From assembly GCA_965225795.1 (NCBI GenBank), contig CBDDBQ010000001.1, positions 9 to 64,008 of the forward strand: DNA of 64,000 nucleotides, in the 5' to 3' direction. Positions 39,430 through 48,999 of this stretch are shown one piece after another. The stretch's first letter is position 1. The number at the start of each line of letters is the position of its first letter. The stretch comes from Dehalococcoidia bacterium. GTDB taxonomy: Bacteria > Chloroflexota > Dehalococcoidia > Lucifugimonadales > JADFKI01. The position numbers and the translations under genes were made by a program. The notes beneath the pieces were generated by a model. That model was given only the letters and a program-made list of their open reading frames with translations, was not told the DNA's origin and ran no database searches.

Positions 39430-39969
39430 CTAGAGTTCCATCGGAAAGTGCTGGAAGCGGAGAATCAACGCGCTCGTGTCGAGCGTGGCATCGTCACCGT
39501 CATGAGAATAACGAATCTCGGTAATCAGTTGGGTGATGTGCCGTTCGCCAAGCGATACCTGCACCTCTTCACCAAGGCGCTTGCCAATGAGCGCGCGCGC
39601 CTGCGGCGCGTCGATGCTTATGTATTGCGGGGCAAAGTCAATTTCATCAGGCCCGACAATCCGGTATTCGTTGCGCATGTCTCCCTCGGAAAGTCCAACC
39701 CAGGCCCCGAAGAAGACCCTCGCCTGATCCTTGGGCGGTCGAGTGATGACTTGAATCTTGTCGAGGCGCTTGGAGAGATAGGCAATACGCCGATCAATCT
39801 CGCGCAGCAAACGCTTGTTGTAGTGGTAGTCGGCATTTTCTGATCGATCCCCAAGAGCGGCGGCTTCTTTCACCTTGCGGGTCGCGTAAGGACGCTTGTG
39901 CTTCCATAGCCACTTGAGCTCCTCGGTGAGGACCTTGTGTCCGGCTGGAGTGATGTAGGCGCTTGACAC
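39430..39969 (-). CDS. greB: Transcription elongation factor GreB
   Basis: Colinear with GreB: LKWLWKHKRPYATRKVKEAAALGDRSENADYHYNKRLLREIDRRIAYL, VFFGAWV and YISIDAPQARALIGK. A GTG start at 39969 is proposed. There is a C-terminal extension of about 25 aa. Confidence 0.85.
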   Translation of the reverse strand: MSSAYITPAGHKVLTEELKWLWKHKRPYATRKVKEAAALGDRSENADYHYNKRLLREIDRRIAYLSKRLDKIQVITRPPKDQARVFFGAWVGLSEGDMRNEYRIVGPDEIDFAPQYISIDAPQARALIGKRLGEEVQVSLGERHITQLITEIRYSHDGDDATLDTSALILRFQHFPMEL

Positions 39970-40083
39970 TGCGAAGCCTCTAATAGCCAAAAGGAATAGC
40001 AATGACCGTTCTCACAGCACTTGCGTTATAGTCAGAAGTGTTGAAGAATGCGCGAAATTTCATTGTTCACTCGGGGAGACGAT

Positions 40084-40716
40084 ATGTCACTGCAACTCGG
40101 AGACGAAGCACCCAACTTTACGGCGGACTCGACCGAAGGGTCCATCACCCTGCACGACTATCTCGGCGACGGCTGGGGCGTGCTGTTTTCGCATCCGAAG
40201 GATTTTACGCCTGTGTGCACCACAGAACTCGGTGAGGTCGCGAAACTCAAGTCCGAGTTCGAGAAGCGCGATGTCAAGGTGCTGGGTCTATCAGTTGATC
40301 CTGTGTCCGACCATATCGAATGGTCCAAGGACATCACGGACACCCAGGGCGTGGAGTTGAATTTCCCTCTAATTGGCGATCCTCACCGCAGTGTCGCGAG
40401 CCTATACGACATGATCCATCCGAACGCCAATGACACGCTCACCGTGCGCTCGGTGTTCGTCATCGGTCCCGATAAGAAGATCAAGCTGTCGATTACCTAT
40501 CCCGCGAGCACCGGTCGCAACTTTGATGAAATCCTACGCACCATTGATTCCCTGCAACTAACAGCGGTGCACAGTGTGGCGACACCGGTGAACTGGCGAC
40601 ATGGCGAAGAGGTCATCATCGTCCCGGCGGTCTCCGACGAGGAAGCGAAAGAGAAGTTTCCCGACGGCTGGCGCGCCGAAAAGCCTTACCTGCGGTACGT
40701 TGCGCAGCCAGGGTAG
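40084..40716 (+). CDS. 1-Cys peroxiredoxin (Prx6-type)
   Basis: MSLQLGDEAPNF...GWGVLFSHPKDFTPVCTTELG. Start at the ATG at 40084. Confidence 0.92.
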   Translation: MSLQLGDEAPNFTADSTEGSITLHDYLGDGWGVLFSHPKDFTPVCTTELGEVAKLKSEFEKRDVKVLGLSVDPVSDHIEWSKDITDTQGVELNFPLIGDPHRSVASLYDMIHPNANDTLTVRSVFVIGPDKKIKLSITYPASTGRNFDEILRTIDSLQLTAVHSVATPVNWRHGEEVIIVPAVSDEEAKEKFPDGWRAEKPYLRYVAQPG

Positions 40717-40920
40717 ATAGTTCTGCTTATCTAGGGAGAGACACTACTCGCCCACAGGGGAACAAACGCCACAGCGTATTGTTGGCGACTCCGTTGTCGT
40801 CTGCTATTTCGCCTTGACTGCCAAGTCACCGCTACAATAGCTCCTCTCTCATGCGGGGTAGGATCAACTCGGGCGTGACTCTAGCGGCGATGCGGGTCGG
40901 TTCGAGGCTCCAGTACTGGA

Positions 40921-42084
40921 ATGCCAACGGAAAAAGACGAGCGTGGATTTCGCACCCGTGCCATTCATGCCGGACAGTACCGGGATGAACGCACGGGCGC
41001 GGTCATAACGCCACTTTTTCTTACCTCCACCTTCGAGCAGAAGGCACCTGGCGAGCATTCCGGCTACGAGTATTCCCGGAGCGGCAATCCGACCCGCGCC
41101 GCTTTCGAAGAATGCATTGCGAACCTGGAAGGTGCGAGGTTTGGCTTCGCAACCGCATCTGGAAATCTCGCCACAGGCACGGCCATGTTCCTCTTGAGCG
41201 CGGGCGACCATGTGGTGGTGTGTGACGATATCTACGGCGGAACAGTGCGCCTGTTCAATCAGTTGTTCACCCCCTATGGACTTAAGTTCACCTATGTGGA
41301 CATGACCGAGATAGGGAATCTTCAAGATGCTATGCGCGACAACACGCGCATGGTTTGGGTGGAGACACCTTCGAACCCGCTGACAAAGATCGTCGACATT
41401 GCCGCCGCGGCCGAAGTGGCGCACGCGGGTGGCGCGCTTCTTGCGGTGGACAATACCTTCTTGAGCCCCGCGTTTCAGCGACCAATCCAACTTGGTGCGG
41501 ACTTGGTTGTGCACTCGACCACCAAGTATCTGAATGGACACAGCGACCTGGTCGGTGGCGTCATGGTGACCGACGATGAAGAGATCGGGGAACGTCTCGC
41601 CTATGTCTCGAACGCGCTTGGCATCATTCAAGCGACCTTTGACGCTTGGCTCAGCCTGCGCAGCCTGAAAACGCTTGATCTGCGCATGCGCGCGCACGAA
41701 GCCAATGCCATGGTGCTGGCCGACTGGCTCAGTGGTCATCCCAAGGTCGAGCGGGTCTATTACCCCGGTCTGCCAAGCCATCCCCAGCACGAACTTGCCA
41801 TGCGCCAAATGTCTGGCTACGGAGGCATGCTTGCCTTCGATATTGCCGGGGGGGAAGCCGCGGCGCGCAGGTTGCTTCAGGCGACGAGGGTGTTCACGCT
41901 TGCCGAGAGTCTTGGCGGTGTCGAATCCTTGATTGAGCATCCGGCGCTCATGACGCACGCGAGTATGCCAAGAGAAATGCGAGAAGCCGCCGGGGTGACA
42001 GATTCACTCATTCGCGTCAGTGTCGGTATAGAAGACATAGAAGATCTCAAGCAAGACCTTGATCAGGCACTTGCCGCGGTCTAG
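40921..42084 (+). CDS. Cys/Met-metabolism PLP-dependent enzyme (cystathionine gamma-synthase/lyase family)
   Basis: YSRSGNPT, the PLP-lysine motif STTKYLNGHSD, and C-terminal IRVSVGIEDIEDL. Confidence 0.9.
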   Translation: MPTEKDERGFRTRAIHAGQYRDERTGAVITPLFLTSTFEQKAPGEHSGYEYSRSGNPTRAAFEECIANLEGARFGFATASGNLATGTAMFLLSAGDHVVVCDDIYGGTVRLFNQLFTPYGLKFTYVDMTEIGNLQDAMRDNTRMVWVETPSNPLTKIVDIAAAAEVAHAGGALLAVDNTFLSPAFQRPIQLGADLVVHSTTKYLNGHSDLVGGVMVTDDEEIGERLAYVSNALGIIQATFDAWLSLRSLKTLDLRMRAHEANAMVLADWLSGHPKVERVYYPGLPSHPQHELAMRQMSGYGGMLAFDIAGGEAAARRLLQATRVFTLAESLGGVESLIEHPALMTHASMPREMREAAGVTDSLIRVSVGIEDIEDLKQDLDQALAAV

Positions 42085-42110
42085 TACACCACTAGGCCCT
42101 GTCTGACTCC

Positions 42111-42599
42111 GTGCAGCCTTCCGAACAAGACATCATCGATCAACTCAGTGCGCACCTCGAAGCGGCCGGCGCGCCCGACCGCGCCGCCATGCACATAGGT
42201 GTGTTTCTGGCCTGGTGTGTGAATCACGAGCTCATCTCGGAACAGGTGAGGAGACGGCATGAAGGCCTGCTGATCAAGGTCAAGCTGCGCGAGCTTGATG
42301 GCAGCGACCTGTTGCTGCGCATTGCAGGCGGCCAGCTCAGCGAGGACTTGCTCTCCGAGTCTGGTACGAAATTCGCGCGCGCCTACTATGGTGACTATTT
42401 GGGCGACTATGCGGCCGCGCTGGGTCTTGATCCCGAGTGCCCCTACGATGTTGAAGACTCTTGGAGTGTCTACGACCAAATTGCACCCCTGCTCACGCGC
42501 AGACACCGCGACAGACAGCGGTCTCCTGCGAAGGCGGCGGTGGTGAGCTTCTTTTCCAAAGGCCGTAGAACAAAGCGCAAGCTTCGCATTGTGCGGTGA
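42111..42599 (+). CDS. Hypothetical protein
   Basis: 162-aa ORF with coding-like composition, a basic C-terminal tail, and a 4-nt GTGA overlap with the downstream GNAT gene. No family recognised. Confidence 0.55.
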   Translation: MQPSEQDIIDQLSAHLEAAGAPDRAAMHIGVFLAWCVNHELISEQVRRRHEGLLIKVKLRELDGSDLLLRIAGGQLSEDLLSESGTKFARAYYGDYLGDYAAALGLDPECPYDVEDSWSVYDQIAPLLTRRHRDRQRSPAKAAVVSFFSKGRRTKRKLRIVR

Positions 42600-43009
42600 C
42601 CCGCATATCCATTGATCCGCGAAGCGTCCTTGTGGCGCGACCAAGGCCCGAAGAAGTTCCTTGGCGGCTGCTCTGCCTCGAAGAAACCAAGAATTGCACG
42701 CCCGAGCTCACCGAATTCATGCGCATCGCCAAACAAGGCGAGGAAGTGCTGGGCGGATATCTCTTGGAGGAGCCTGAGAGCGATTCCATGGCCTGGAAAA
42801 TCCTGCGCCTCGCCGTGCAGCCCGAAGTGCGCCGGCAAGGATTGGGCTATTGGCTGATCGGCCATGCTTCTGGGGTTGCCGAGGGGCGAGGCGCCGCCCA
42901 AATCATTGTCGAGATAGAGGAAGCACACCCTGCAAGGCGCTTGTTTGAGCGCTATGGATATGAACCCCTCAATAGGCAGAGGTTGTGCTTTTTCACCTAT
43001 TCCGAGTGA
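42596..43009 (+). CDS. GNAT family N-acetyltransferase
   Basis: Motif A LAVQPEVRRQGLGYWL and C-terminal ARRLFERYGYE. Confidence 0.8.
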   Translation: MTRISIDPRSVLVARPRPEEVPWRLLCLEETKNCTPELTEFMRIAKQGEEVLGGYLLEEPESDSMAWKILRLAVQPEVRRQGLGYWLIGHASGVAEGRGAAQIIVEIEEAHPARRLFERYGYEPLNRQRLCFFTYSE

Positions 43010-43031
43010 TAGAGTACGCGCGAAACAAAGC

Positions 43032-44422
43032 ATGAGCATCCGGAGAAGCAGCATGACTTCAGCGGCATCTCAAGCAGCGCGAGGAGAAGTCAGGGCCGAG
43101 GGCCCTAGTCTGCAGGACCTCTTGGTGAGGGATCAGTCAAGCGTCCCATCGCCGCTTCAGGCCGAGTCCTACCAATTTCTCGGCGATGAGGACATCCCCT
43201 ACAGCAACTACACCTTGAAAGAACGCTTAGACGCCGAGTTCGAAAAGCTTTGGCCAAAAGTTTGGCAATGGGCGTGTCGCGAAGAACACATTCCAGAGCC
43301 CGGCGACTTCTATGTCTATGACATAGGGCACCTATCGGCGGTCGTGGTGCGAACTGAAAAAGGCGAGGTGAAGGCCTTTTACAACGCCTGCATGCATCGC
43401 GGCACCCAGCTCAAACAACCAGGAAGCTGTGGTTTTTCAGAGAATCTGCGTTGCCCGTTTCATGGCTGGATCTATTCGCTCGATGGGGAACTCGTCGAGC
43501 TGCCGGAGAGCTGGGACTTTCCACACGCCGGCGCCAAGACTCACAGCCTTGCACAAGTGCGTGTCGGGCTGTGGCTCGGCTTTGTGTTTGTCAACTTCGA
43601 TGCCCAGGCCGCACCGCTCGAGGAGCATCTCGGTGTGCTGAAGGACCATTTCGAGAACCTCGGCATCGAGGATCGATACTTGGAGACCCATGTGCAGAAG
43701 CGCCTGCCGGCCAACTGGAAGGCGGCCGCGGAAGCCTTTCTCGAGGCCTATCACGTAAAAGAAACACATGCTGGTGGCATGCCCGGAACGGAAGTGACGA
43801 CCCAGTACGACGTGTTTGGAGAAACCGTAACCCGTTTTATCCATACCATCGGGTCGCCGAATCCACGCGTCGACCCACCGCAAACGGAACAAGAACTACT
43901 TGATCGCATGTGGGTGCGGGGCTTGGAACAGGACGAGAATCCGCGAGTTCCCGAGGGCATGACCGCGAGGGACTTCTACGCGGATCACATGAAGCGCGCA
44001 CTCGGCGAGGCGTACGGTGAGGACTTCTCGTGCGTGACCCTCGATTCGAACGAGTACTTCCTCTTTCCCAACGCGTTTTTCTTCCCGGGGCTGTCTCTGC
44101 CCATGGTCTACAGATTCCGGCCAGATGCGGAAGACCCGACTATTGCACCTTCGACCTCTTGATGCTTCGGCCGCTACCGCCGGACGGCAAGGTGCCACCT
44201 CCACCCGAGCCGATCATGCTTGATGTGGATGACTCCTACAGGATCGCCGAAGCGCTCGGTCGCTTGGGCGCTGTCTATGACCAGGACACCGGCAACATGG
44301 CTGCCCAAACCCGGGGCTTCAAATGCAGCCCTAAGACCGGACAGACGCTCGGCAACTATCAAGAGGTGCGCACCCGCTATTTGCAGCAGCGAGTGGACAA
44401 GTACCTGAACGGGGAAATTTGA
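43032..44422 (+). pseudogene. Rieske [2Fe-2S] aromatic-ring-hydroxylating oxygenase alpha subunit, apparent frameshift near 44133..44140
   Basis: Rieske motif CMHRG...CPFHGW. The catalytic domain continues in ORF 44030..44422 (DYCTFDLLMLRPLPPDG). The joint reads RFRPDAEDP / DYCTFDLL at a CCC run. Confidence 0.8.
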
Positions 44423-44471
44423 TTCTCTCTATATCTGTTTTCAGCAGATCTCCGGAAGGGAACAAGGCTCT

Positions 44472-45826
44472 GTGACGCTTCGCGCCGAGCAGCCTGCCGC
44501 CTTGCCGAGGCGCAGGTTGTTCTTCTACGGCCTCGCGGAAATGCCGCTGCAAATCGCGGCGATTCCGGTCGCGGCATTGGTGCCCCACTACTATGGCGCG
44601 GATCTTGGTGTGAGCCTCGCTGCCATCGGCACCATATTGCTGGTGTCGAAAATCTTCGATGCCGTGTCGGATCCTCTGGTCGGGTGGCTCAGCGACCACA
44701 CAGATTCGCGCTGGGGCCGACGCAGGATCTGGATGGTCGCGGCAGTGCCGATCCATGATGCTCTCGGTCTACAAGCTCTATATGCCCGAGCCACCGGTGG
44801 ACGAGTTCTACATGCTTGGCTGGCTGCTGGCGTTATGGCTTGGCTGGACCATGCTGTTCATCCCCTACTACGCCTGGGGCGCGGAGCTGTCCCCCAATTA
44901 CTATGAGCGCACTCGCGTCACTGGCTGGCGATCTTTCGCCGGCATGATCGCGAATTTTGGCGGCAAATTCATACCCTTTCTGGCTGGAATCAACGGGAGA
45001 GAGCTTGTGGCTTATTGGCGTGATGACGCTCGTGCTGCTGCCTTTCACGGTCGGCAGCACAGTCTCGGCCGTTCCCGAGGGGCGCGATTACCTGCAAACC
45101 CGCATACCGCTCCTTCCTGGGCTACGAATCATGTTTGGAAACCGCCCCTTCCTGCGCTTGGCGGCGGCCTTCCTCGTACAGAACTTGGGGTCTTCCATCT
45201 CCACCGCGCTGGTGGCCTTCTATATCTCGGACGTTGTGCAGGAGCAAGCGACCGGCACATTGACGATGCTGTTTCTCTCCACCTACTACGGGGCCAATCT
45301 CTTAAGCATCCCCTGTTGGCTATGGCTCGCCAAGCGCTATGGAAAGCACAGGTGCTGGTGCGTCTCGTTGCTGATTTTCTCAGCGCTGCAGAGCATCTAC
45401 CTGTTGCTGGGTCCGGGAGACTACTTCTACATGTTGCCGATCACCGCCTGCACGGGATTTCTCGGTGGCACCTTCCGCATCATGCCCGATGCCATGAAGG
45501 CGGATGTGATAGACCTTGACACCTTGGAGAGCAAGCAAGACCGTGCGGCGTCTTACTTCGCCGTTTGGTCGTTTATGATCAAGGTCGCCCTGTCGATAGG
45601 CCCGTTCATAGCGTTCAAGGTGCTGGATTGGGTGGGTTATATTGCCGAGCTAGGTGCGGCAAACGCGGCGGCGGATATTTGGACCGTTCAGGTACTATTC
45701 GCATTGGCACCGGCAACAGGATTTGCCCTTGCGGCGCTGATCGGCTGGAACTTTCAATTAACCGCCGAGCGGCATGGCGAGGTGCGAGATCAGTTGCAGA
45801 AGATGCGCGAAGAAGCAAAGGAATAG
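44472..45826 (+). pseudogene. GPH/MFS-family cation symporter, split over three frames (two apparent frameshifts, about 44750 and about 45000)
   Basis: Piece 1 FFYGLAEMPLQIAA...SKIFDAVSDPLVGWLSDHTDSRWGRRR (GPH signature). Piece 2 MLSVYKLY...FIPYYAWGAELSPNYYERTRV. Piece 3 LWLIGVMTLVLLPF...DLDTLESKQDRAASYFAVWSF. Confidence 0.8.
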
Positions 45827-45838
45827 GGACGCATTCAC

Positions 45839-46228
45839 ATGATGATCGAAGTAATCAATCACACGGGCACCCAGGTCGCACATCGAAGTTTTACGAAGCA
45901 GAGATATATCGATCGCGACTTCATGGACCGGGAGGGAGGCTTGGCCGACAAGAACGCGCCATCGGAGCCTCTACCGAGCCTGGGTGCCAAGGGCTGGCTG
46001 GGCGAGAAGCCGAGCGACTATGTGCGCCCGGAAAGGGATGTCTTCGAGCATCAAGCGATACTCCGCGGCGAGAAGACCATGACCATCACCATCGATCAGG
46101 ACATTGAGCTCTTGGGCTCGGTGCAGGCTGGCATGAGATCCCATGGCTTTGACCGGGTGCTGCTTTCGGAAGATGAGTTGCGCGTGCAGCACTTTCATCA
46201 GCACCTGGAATCACTGTTGGGAGACTAG
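45839..46228 (+). CDS. Hypothetical protein
   Basis: 129-aa ORF, 12 nt after the transporter stop and 9 nt before the carbonic anhydrase gene. No family recognised. Confidence 0.5.
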   Translation: MMIEVINHTGTQVAHRSFTKQRYIDRDFMDREGGLADKNAPSEPLPSLGAKGWLGEKPSDYVRPERDVFEHQAILRGEKTMTITIDQDIELLGSVQAGMRSHGFDRVLLSEDELRVQHFHQHLESLLGD

Positions 46229-46237
46229 CGGCCCGCA

Positions 46238-46876
46238 ATGACCGGACTGCCTGAATCGCTACTTGACGGCTATCGCTCGTTCAAGAGCGAGCGTTATTCG
46301 AAGGAACACCGCCGCTACCGCTCACTCGCGGAACATGGCCAGACGCCGGAGGTGATGGTGATTGCCTGTTGCGACTCAAGGTCGGCGCCGGAAACCATCT
46401 TCAATAGCTCACCGGGTGAGGTTTTCGTGGTTCGCAATGTCGCCAATCTCGTTCCGCCTTATGAACCGGATGGCACTTACCACGCGACATCCGCCGCGCT
46501 CGAGTTCGCGGTGGGGGTCCTCAAAGTCAAGCATATAGTCGTACTCGGTCACGGGCGTTGCGGCGGTATACAGGCAGTCTTGAACCCGACCGACGAGCCT
46601 TTGTCCGATGGAGACTTCATTGGTACCTGGATGCGGCTTCTCAAGCCAGCAGCCGAAGTAATCGCCAGCGCCGTCCACCTGTCCGCTGCCGAACAACAAA
46701 CGGCGTTGGAGCGCATATCGGTGGGTTGCTCCATCGACAACCTGCGCACCTTTCCCTGCGTCTCAATCCCGGAAAGCGATGGTCAGCTCAGCCTGCACGG
46801 CGCTTGGTTCGACATAGCCAGCGGAGAACTCTGGACCCTGGACCCCGAGACGGGACACTTCTCGAGCACAACGTAG
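46238..46876 (+). CDS. Beta-class carbonic anhydrase
   Basis: CCDSR and HGRCGG zinc-ligand motifs, and VVRNVANLVPPYE. Confidence 0.9.
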   Translation: MTGLPESLLDGYRSFKSERYSKEHRRYRSLAEHGQTPEVMVIACCDSRSAPETIFNSSPGEVFVVRNVANLVPPYEPDGTYHATSAALEFAVGVLKVKHIVVLGHGRCGGIQAVLNPTDEPLSDGDFIGTWMRLLKPAAEVIASAVHLSAAEQQTALERISVGCSIDNLRTFPCVSIPESDGQLSLHGAWFDIASGELWTLDPETGHFSSTT

Positions 46877-46944
46877 TATCTATGTTGTCAAACGGTGGGA
46901 TCTAGTCGATATTTGAAGGCTCCGTTTGTGGGTTGATGTGGAGT

Positions 46945-47027
46945 CGCGGGGGGCGGGCTGGACGCTGCGGACAGGCCCCCAGGGGTGAAGTGAAGGCCTG
47001 TCCGCAGCGACCAGCCCGCCCCCCGCG
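46945..47027. other. 33-bp-stem hairpin in the 3' non-coding end of the IS
   Basis: CGCGGGGGGCGGGCTGGACGCTGCGGACAGGCC, a loop of about 17 nt, then GGCCTGTCCGCAGCGACCAGCCCGCCCCCCGCG, with 1 mismatch. Confidence 0.8.
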
Positions 47028-47076
47028 CCACGCTCCGGTGGTGTGCCGTGTGGGGGTGTGGGGCAACCGGCCCCGG

Positions 47077-48078
47077 CTAGGCCGCGGGCGCCTTCGGCAC
47101 ATGGTCCAGGCTCCAGGGCGTGTCGTCGCGGATGATGGCGTTGGCCATCACGATCAGCTTGCGCATCTCGGCGGTGAGCGACACCATGGGCACCATGCCG
47201 CGCGCCTTTCTGCGGTTGTGCCGCTCGCGCATGACGGGGTTTCTCTGGACGGCGTTCATGGCCGACATGTACAGCAGCGTGCGCACGCTGGCGCGCCCGC
47301 CCTGGATGCGCCGCTTGCCGCGGCGGCTGCCCGAGTCGTTGGCCACGGGCGCGAGCCCGGCGAGGCTCCCGGCCGTGCGCACGCTCAGCGTGCCGAGCTC
47401 GGGCACGTCCACCGCCAGCCCGACGGAGGTGACGTCCGCCACGCCGGGCATGGTCTTGAGCAGCTCCACCCTGTGGGACAGCTCCGCGTCGCGCGCCACC
47501 AGCCGGTTCAGTTCCCTGTCCACGGCCTGCGTGTGCCGCTTGACCATGGCCAGCCGCGCCTTGAGCTGCCTGCACACCAGCGGGTTCCGGGCGTGCTCCA
47601 TCTGGCCCTTCAGCCGTTGAACGTCCCGCGTCAGCGCGTCCCGCGCCGCGCGCAGGTCGTCCATCGCCGATGTCGCGGGCGCGGGCGGCGGCACGCGCCG
47701 CAGGTCCTCCGGCAGCGCCTGGCCGAGCCTGGCCAGCACCCGGGCGTCCACCCTGTCCGTCTTGGCGCCGACGCCGATCACCTTCGCGAAGTGCTTCGCC
47801 CGGTTCGGGTTCATCCGCGACAGCGGAAGCCGCGCCGCCAGCGCCCGCTCCATGGCCAGGTGGTAGGACCCGGTTGACTCGTACACCACCCACCGGACCC
47901 CGGGGCGCACCCAGGCCCCGAGTTCCCGGATGCCCTCGCGGGTGTTCGGGAACCGCGCCGAGCGCCCGCCGGGCAGCTCGTGCGCGTCCAGGTGCTTCTT
48001 CGAGACGTCGACGCCGACCACGCGGAAGTCGTGGCCGTCCGCGCCGTGTTCGCGGCTTGGGGTATTCTTCTTCGACAT
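47077..48078 (-). CDS. IS110-family (DEDD) transposase/recombinase
   Basis: N-terminal VVGVDVSKKHLDAH...VVYESTGSYH (DEDD_Tnp_IS110) and C-terminal LKTMPGVADVTSVGLAV...GLAPVANDSGSRRGKRRIQGGRASVRTLLYMSA (Transposase_20). Confidence 0.92.
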   Translation of the reverse strand: MSKKNTPSREHGADGHDFRVVGVDVSKKHLDAHELPGGRSARFPNTREGIRELGAWVRPGVRWVVYESTGSYHLAMERALAARLPLSRMNPNRAKHFAKVIGVGAKTDRVDARVLARLGQALPEDLRRVPPPAPATSAMDDLRAARDALTRDVQRLKGQMEHARNPLVCRQLKARLAMVKRHTQAVDRELNRLVARDAELSHRVELLKTMPGVADVTSVGLAVDVPELGTLSVRTAGSLAGLAPVANDSGSRRGKRRIQGGRASVRTLLYMSAMNAVQRNPVMRERHNRRKARGMVPMVSLTAEMRKLIVMANAIIRDDTPWSLDHVPKAPAA

Positions 48079-48256
48079 GCTTTCCAGTCTCCTTTCCTTG
48101 TTTGCGGTCTTGATCCGCGTATCTAATCCAGGCTTGGTTGGAAAGGCGGTGGGCCCAATCTACGTGTCGCACTTGGTGCAAGGGGCGAGCCGGGCTTGCC
48201 ACCGCCTGCCGGCGGCTCCCCGGGGGGTCGCCGACAGCATCATTTAATCAAACAAG

Positions 48257-48325
48257 GGGCGAGGCACCGCCTCGCCCTCATCCGGCGACGCCCCGCGTCG
48301 CCCACCATCCCGAGGCCATGCCTCG
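48257..48325. repeat. Cluster of three REP-like palindromes immediately flanking the IS
   Basis: GGGGCGAGGCACCGCCTCGCCC, GGCGACGCCCCGCGTCGCC and CGAGGCCATGCCTCG. Confidence 0.7.
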
Positions 48326-48457
48326 CCCGCGGTATTTGTCCGGTCTTGGCACCTATAATCCTCGGACATTCCCGCTCGAAGAACCTTGAAGCACACCCGG
48401 ATATCAAGCGCTTCCGCTTGCGGCCCGAAGGCGTGATTCTGAACTAGTGGAGCATCC

Positions 48458-48994
48458 ATGAACCCGCAAGGCGCAGATTCCTCCGAGACCGGCACCGCCG
48501 AACATTCTTCGAGCGCGGTCGATTCCCTATTTCTTGAGCTGCATCCCAAGGCGTTGCACGCGAATCTGATCGCCGGCGTGATCAGGGTCCTGATTGTGCT
48601 TCCGCTTGTCGGCACTGTGACGCTTACCATCGCACAAGGCCTGAATCTCCCGGCCCTGCCGCGTTGCGTTATTGTGGGCGCAGCTATCCTGTTTGCCCTC
48701 TGGTATGCGGTGCGCAAGCTCTTCTGGCCTTTCCCGAGCCATTCGCGCACTTCGTATCGCGTCGATGAGGATGGTCTGCAGATTCGCCAAGGCGTGCTGT
48801 GGCGCTCGCATGTTTTCGTCGCCAGAGCTCGCATTCAGCATACGGATGTGGCCCAGGGGCCAATCCAGCGCCGCTTCGGTCTCGGAGACCTGTGGGTGCA
48901 TACGGCGGGCGCGGCCCATTCTCGAACGTGCCTCGGCGGCATCGCTCTCGAGGAGGCATCACGGCTGCGCGACCTCCTCACCGACCGGGAATAG
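48458..48994 (+). CDS. Membrane protein with bacterial PH domain (YdbS-like, bPH_2)
   Basis: Two TM segments, then YRVDEDGLQIRQGVLWRSHVFVARARIQHTDVAQGPIQRRFGLGDLWVHTAG, typical of bPH_2. Confidence 0.8.
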   Translation: MNPQGADSSETGTAEHSSSAVDSLFLELHPKALHANLIAGVIRVLIVLPLVGTVTLTIAQGLNLPALPRCVIVGAAILFALWYAVRKLFWPFPSHSRTSYRVDEDGLQIRQGVLWRSHVFVARARIQHTDVAQGPIQRRFGLGDLWVHTAGAAHSRTCLGGIALEEASRLRDLLTDRE

Positions 48995-48999
48995 GGTCG

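Larger units (their letters stand above)
46888..48253 (-). mobile_element. IS110-family insertion sequence (boundaries approximate)
   Basis: A single DEDD-type transposase gene with non-coding ends of about 170-190 bp. GC is far above the flanks (sample line 47641..47700 has 51 of 60 G+C). The 6-bp direct repeat TCAAAC at 46888..46893 and 48248..48253 brackets about 1.36 kb. Confidence 0.6.

Noticed and set aside
40717-40920. Possible SAM-type riboswitch or tRNA-like GGTTCGAGG motif upstream of the Cys/Met PLP enzyme gene
   Set aside because: I could not match any SAM riboswitch consensus I know. The T-loop-like motif lacks a complementary T-stem and acceptor stem.
40864-41958. 364-aa ORF antisense to the Cys/Met PLP enzyme gene
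   Set aside because: The plus-strand frame has the diagnostic PLP-lysine motif and full-length family colinearity. The antisense ORF has no recognisable motif and is the usual shadow ORF of GC-rich coding DNA.
46880-48202. 440-aa minus-strand ORF, and 314-aa and 166-aa plus-strand ORFs, overlapping the IS transposase gene
   Set aside because: Arg/Ala/Gly/Pro-rich low-complexity translations are typical of off-frame reading of very GC-rich DNA. The 333-aa frame carries the clear IS110 DEDD and Transposase_20 motifs.
48346-48359. TGGCAC followed by TATAAT upstream of the ydbS-like gene (possible sigma54 or sigma70 promoter)
   Set aside because: No TTGC element lies at the sigma54 spacing, and no acceptable -35 lies 16-18 nt upstream of TATAAT. 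This is too weak to report as a feature.
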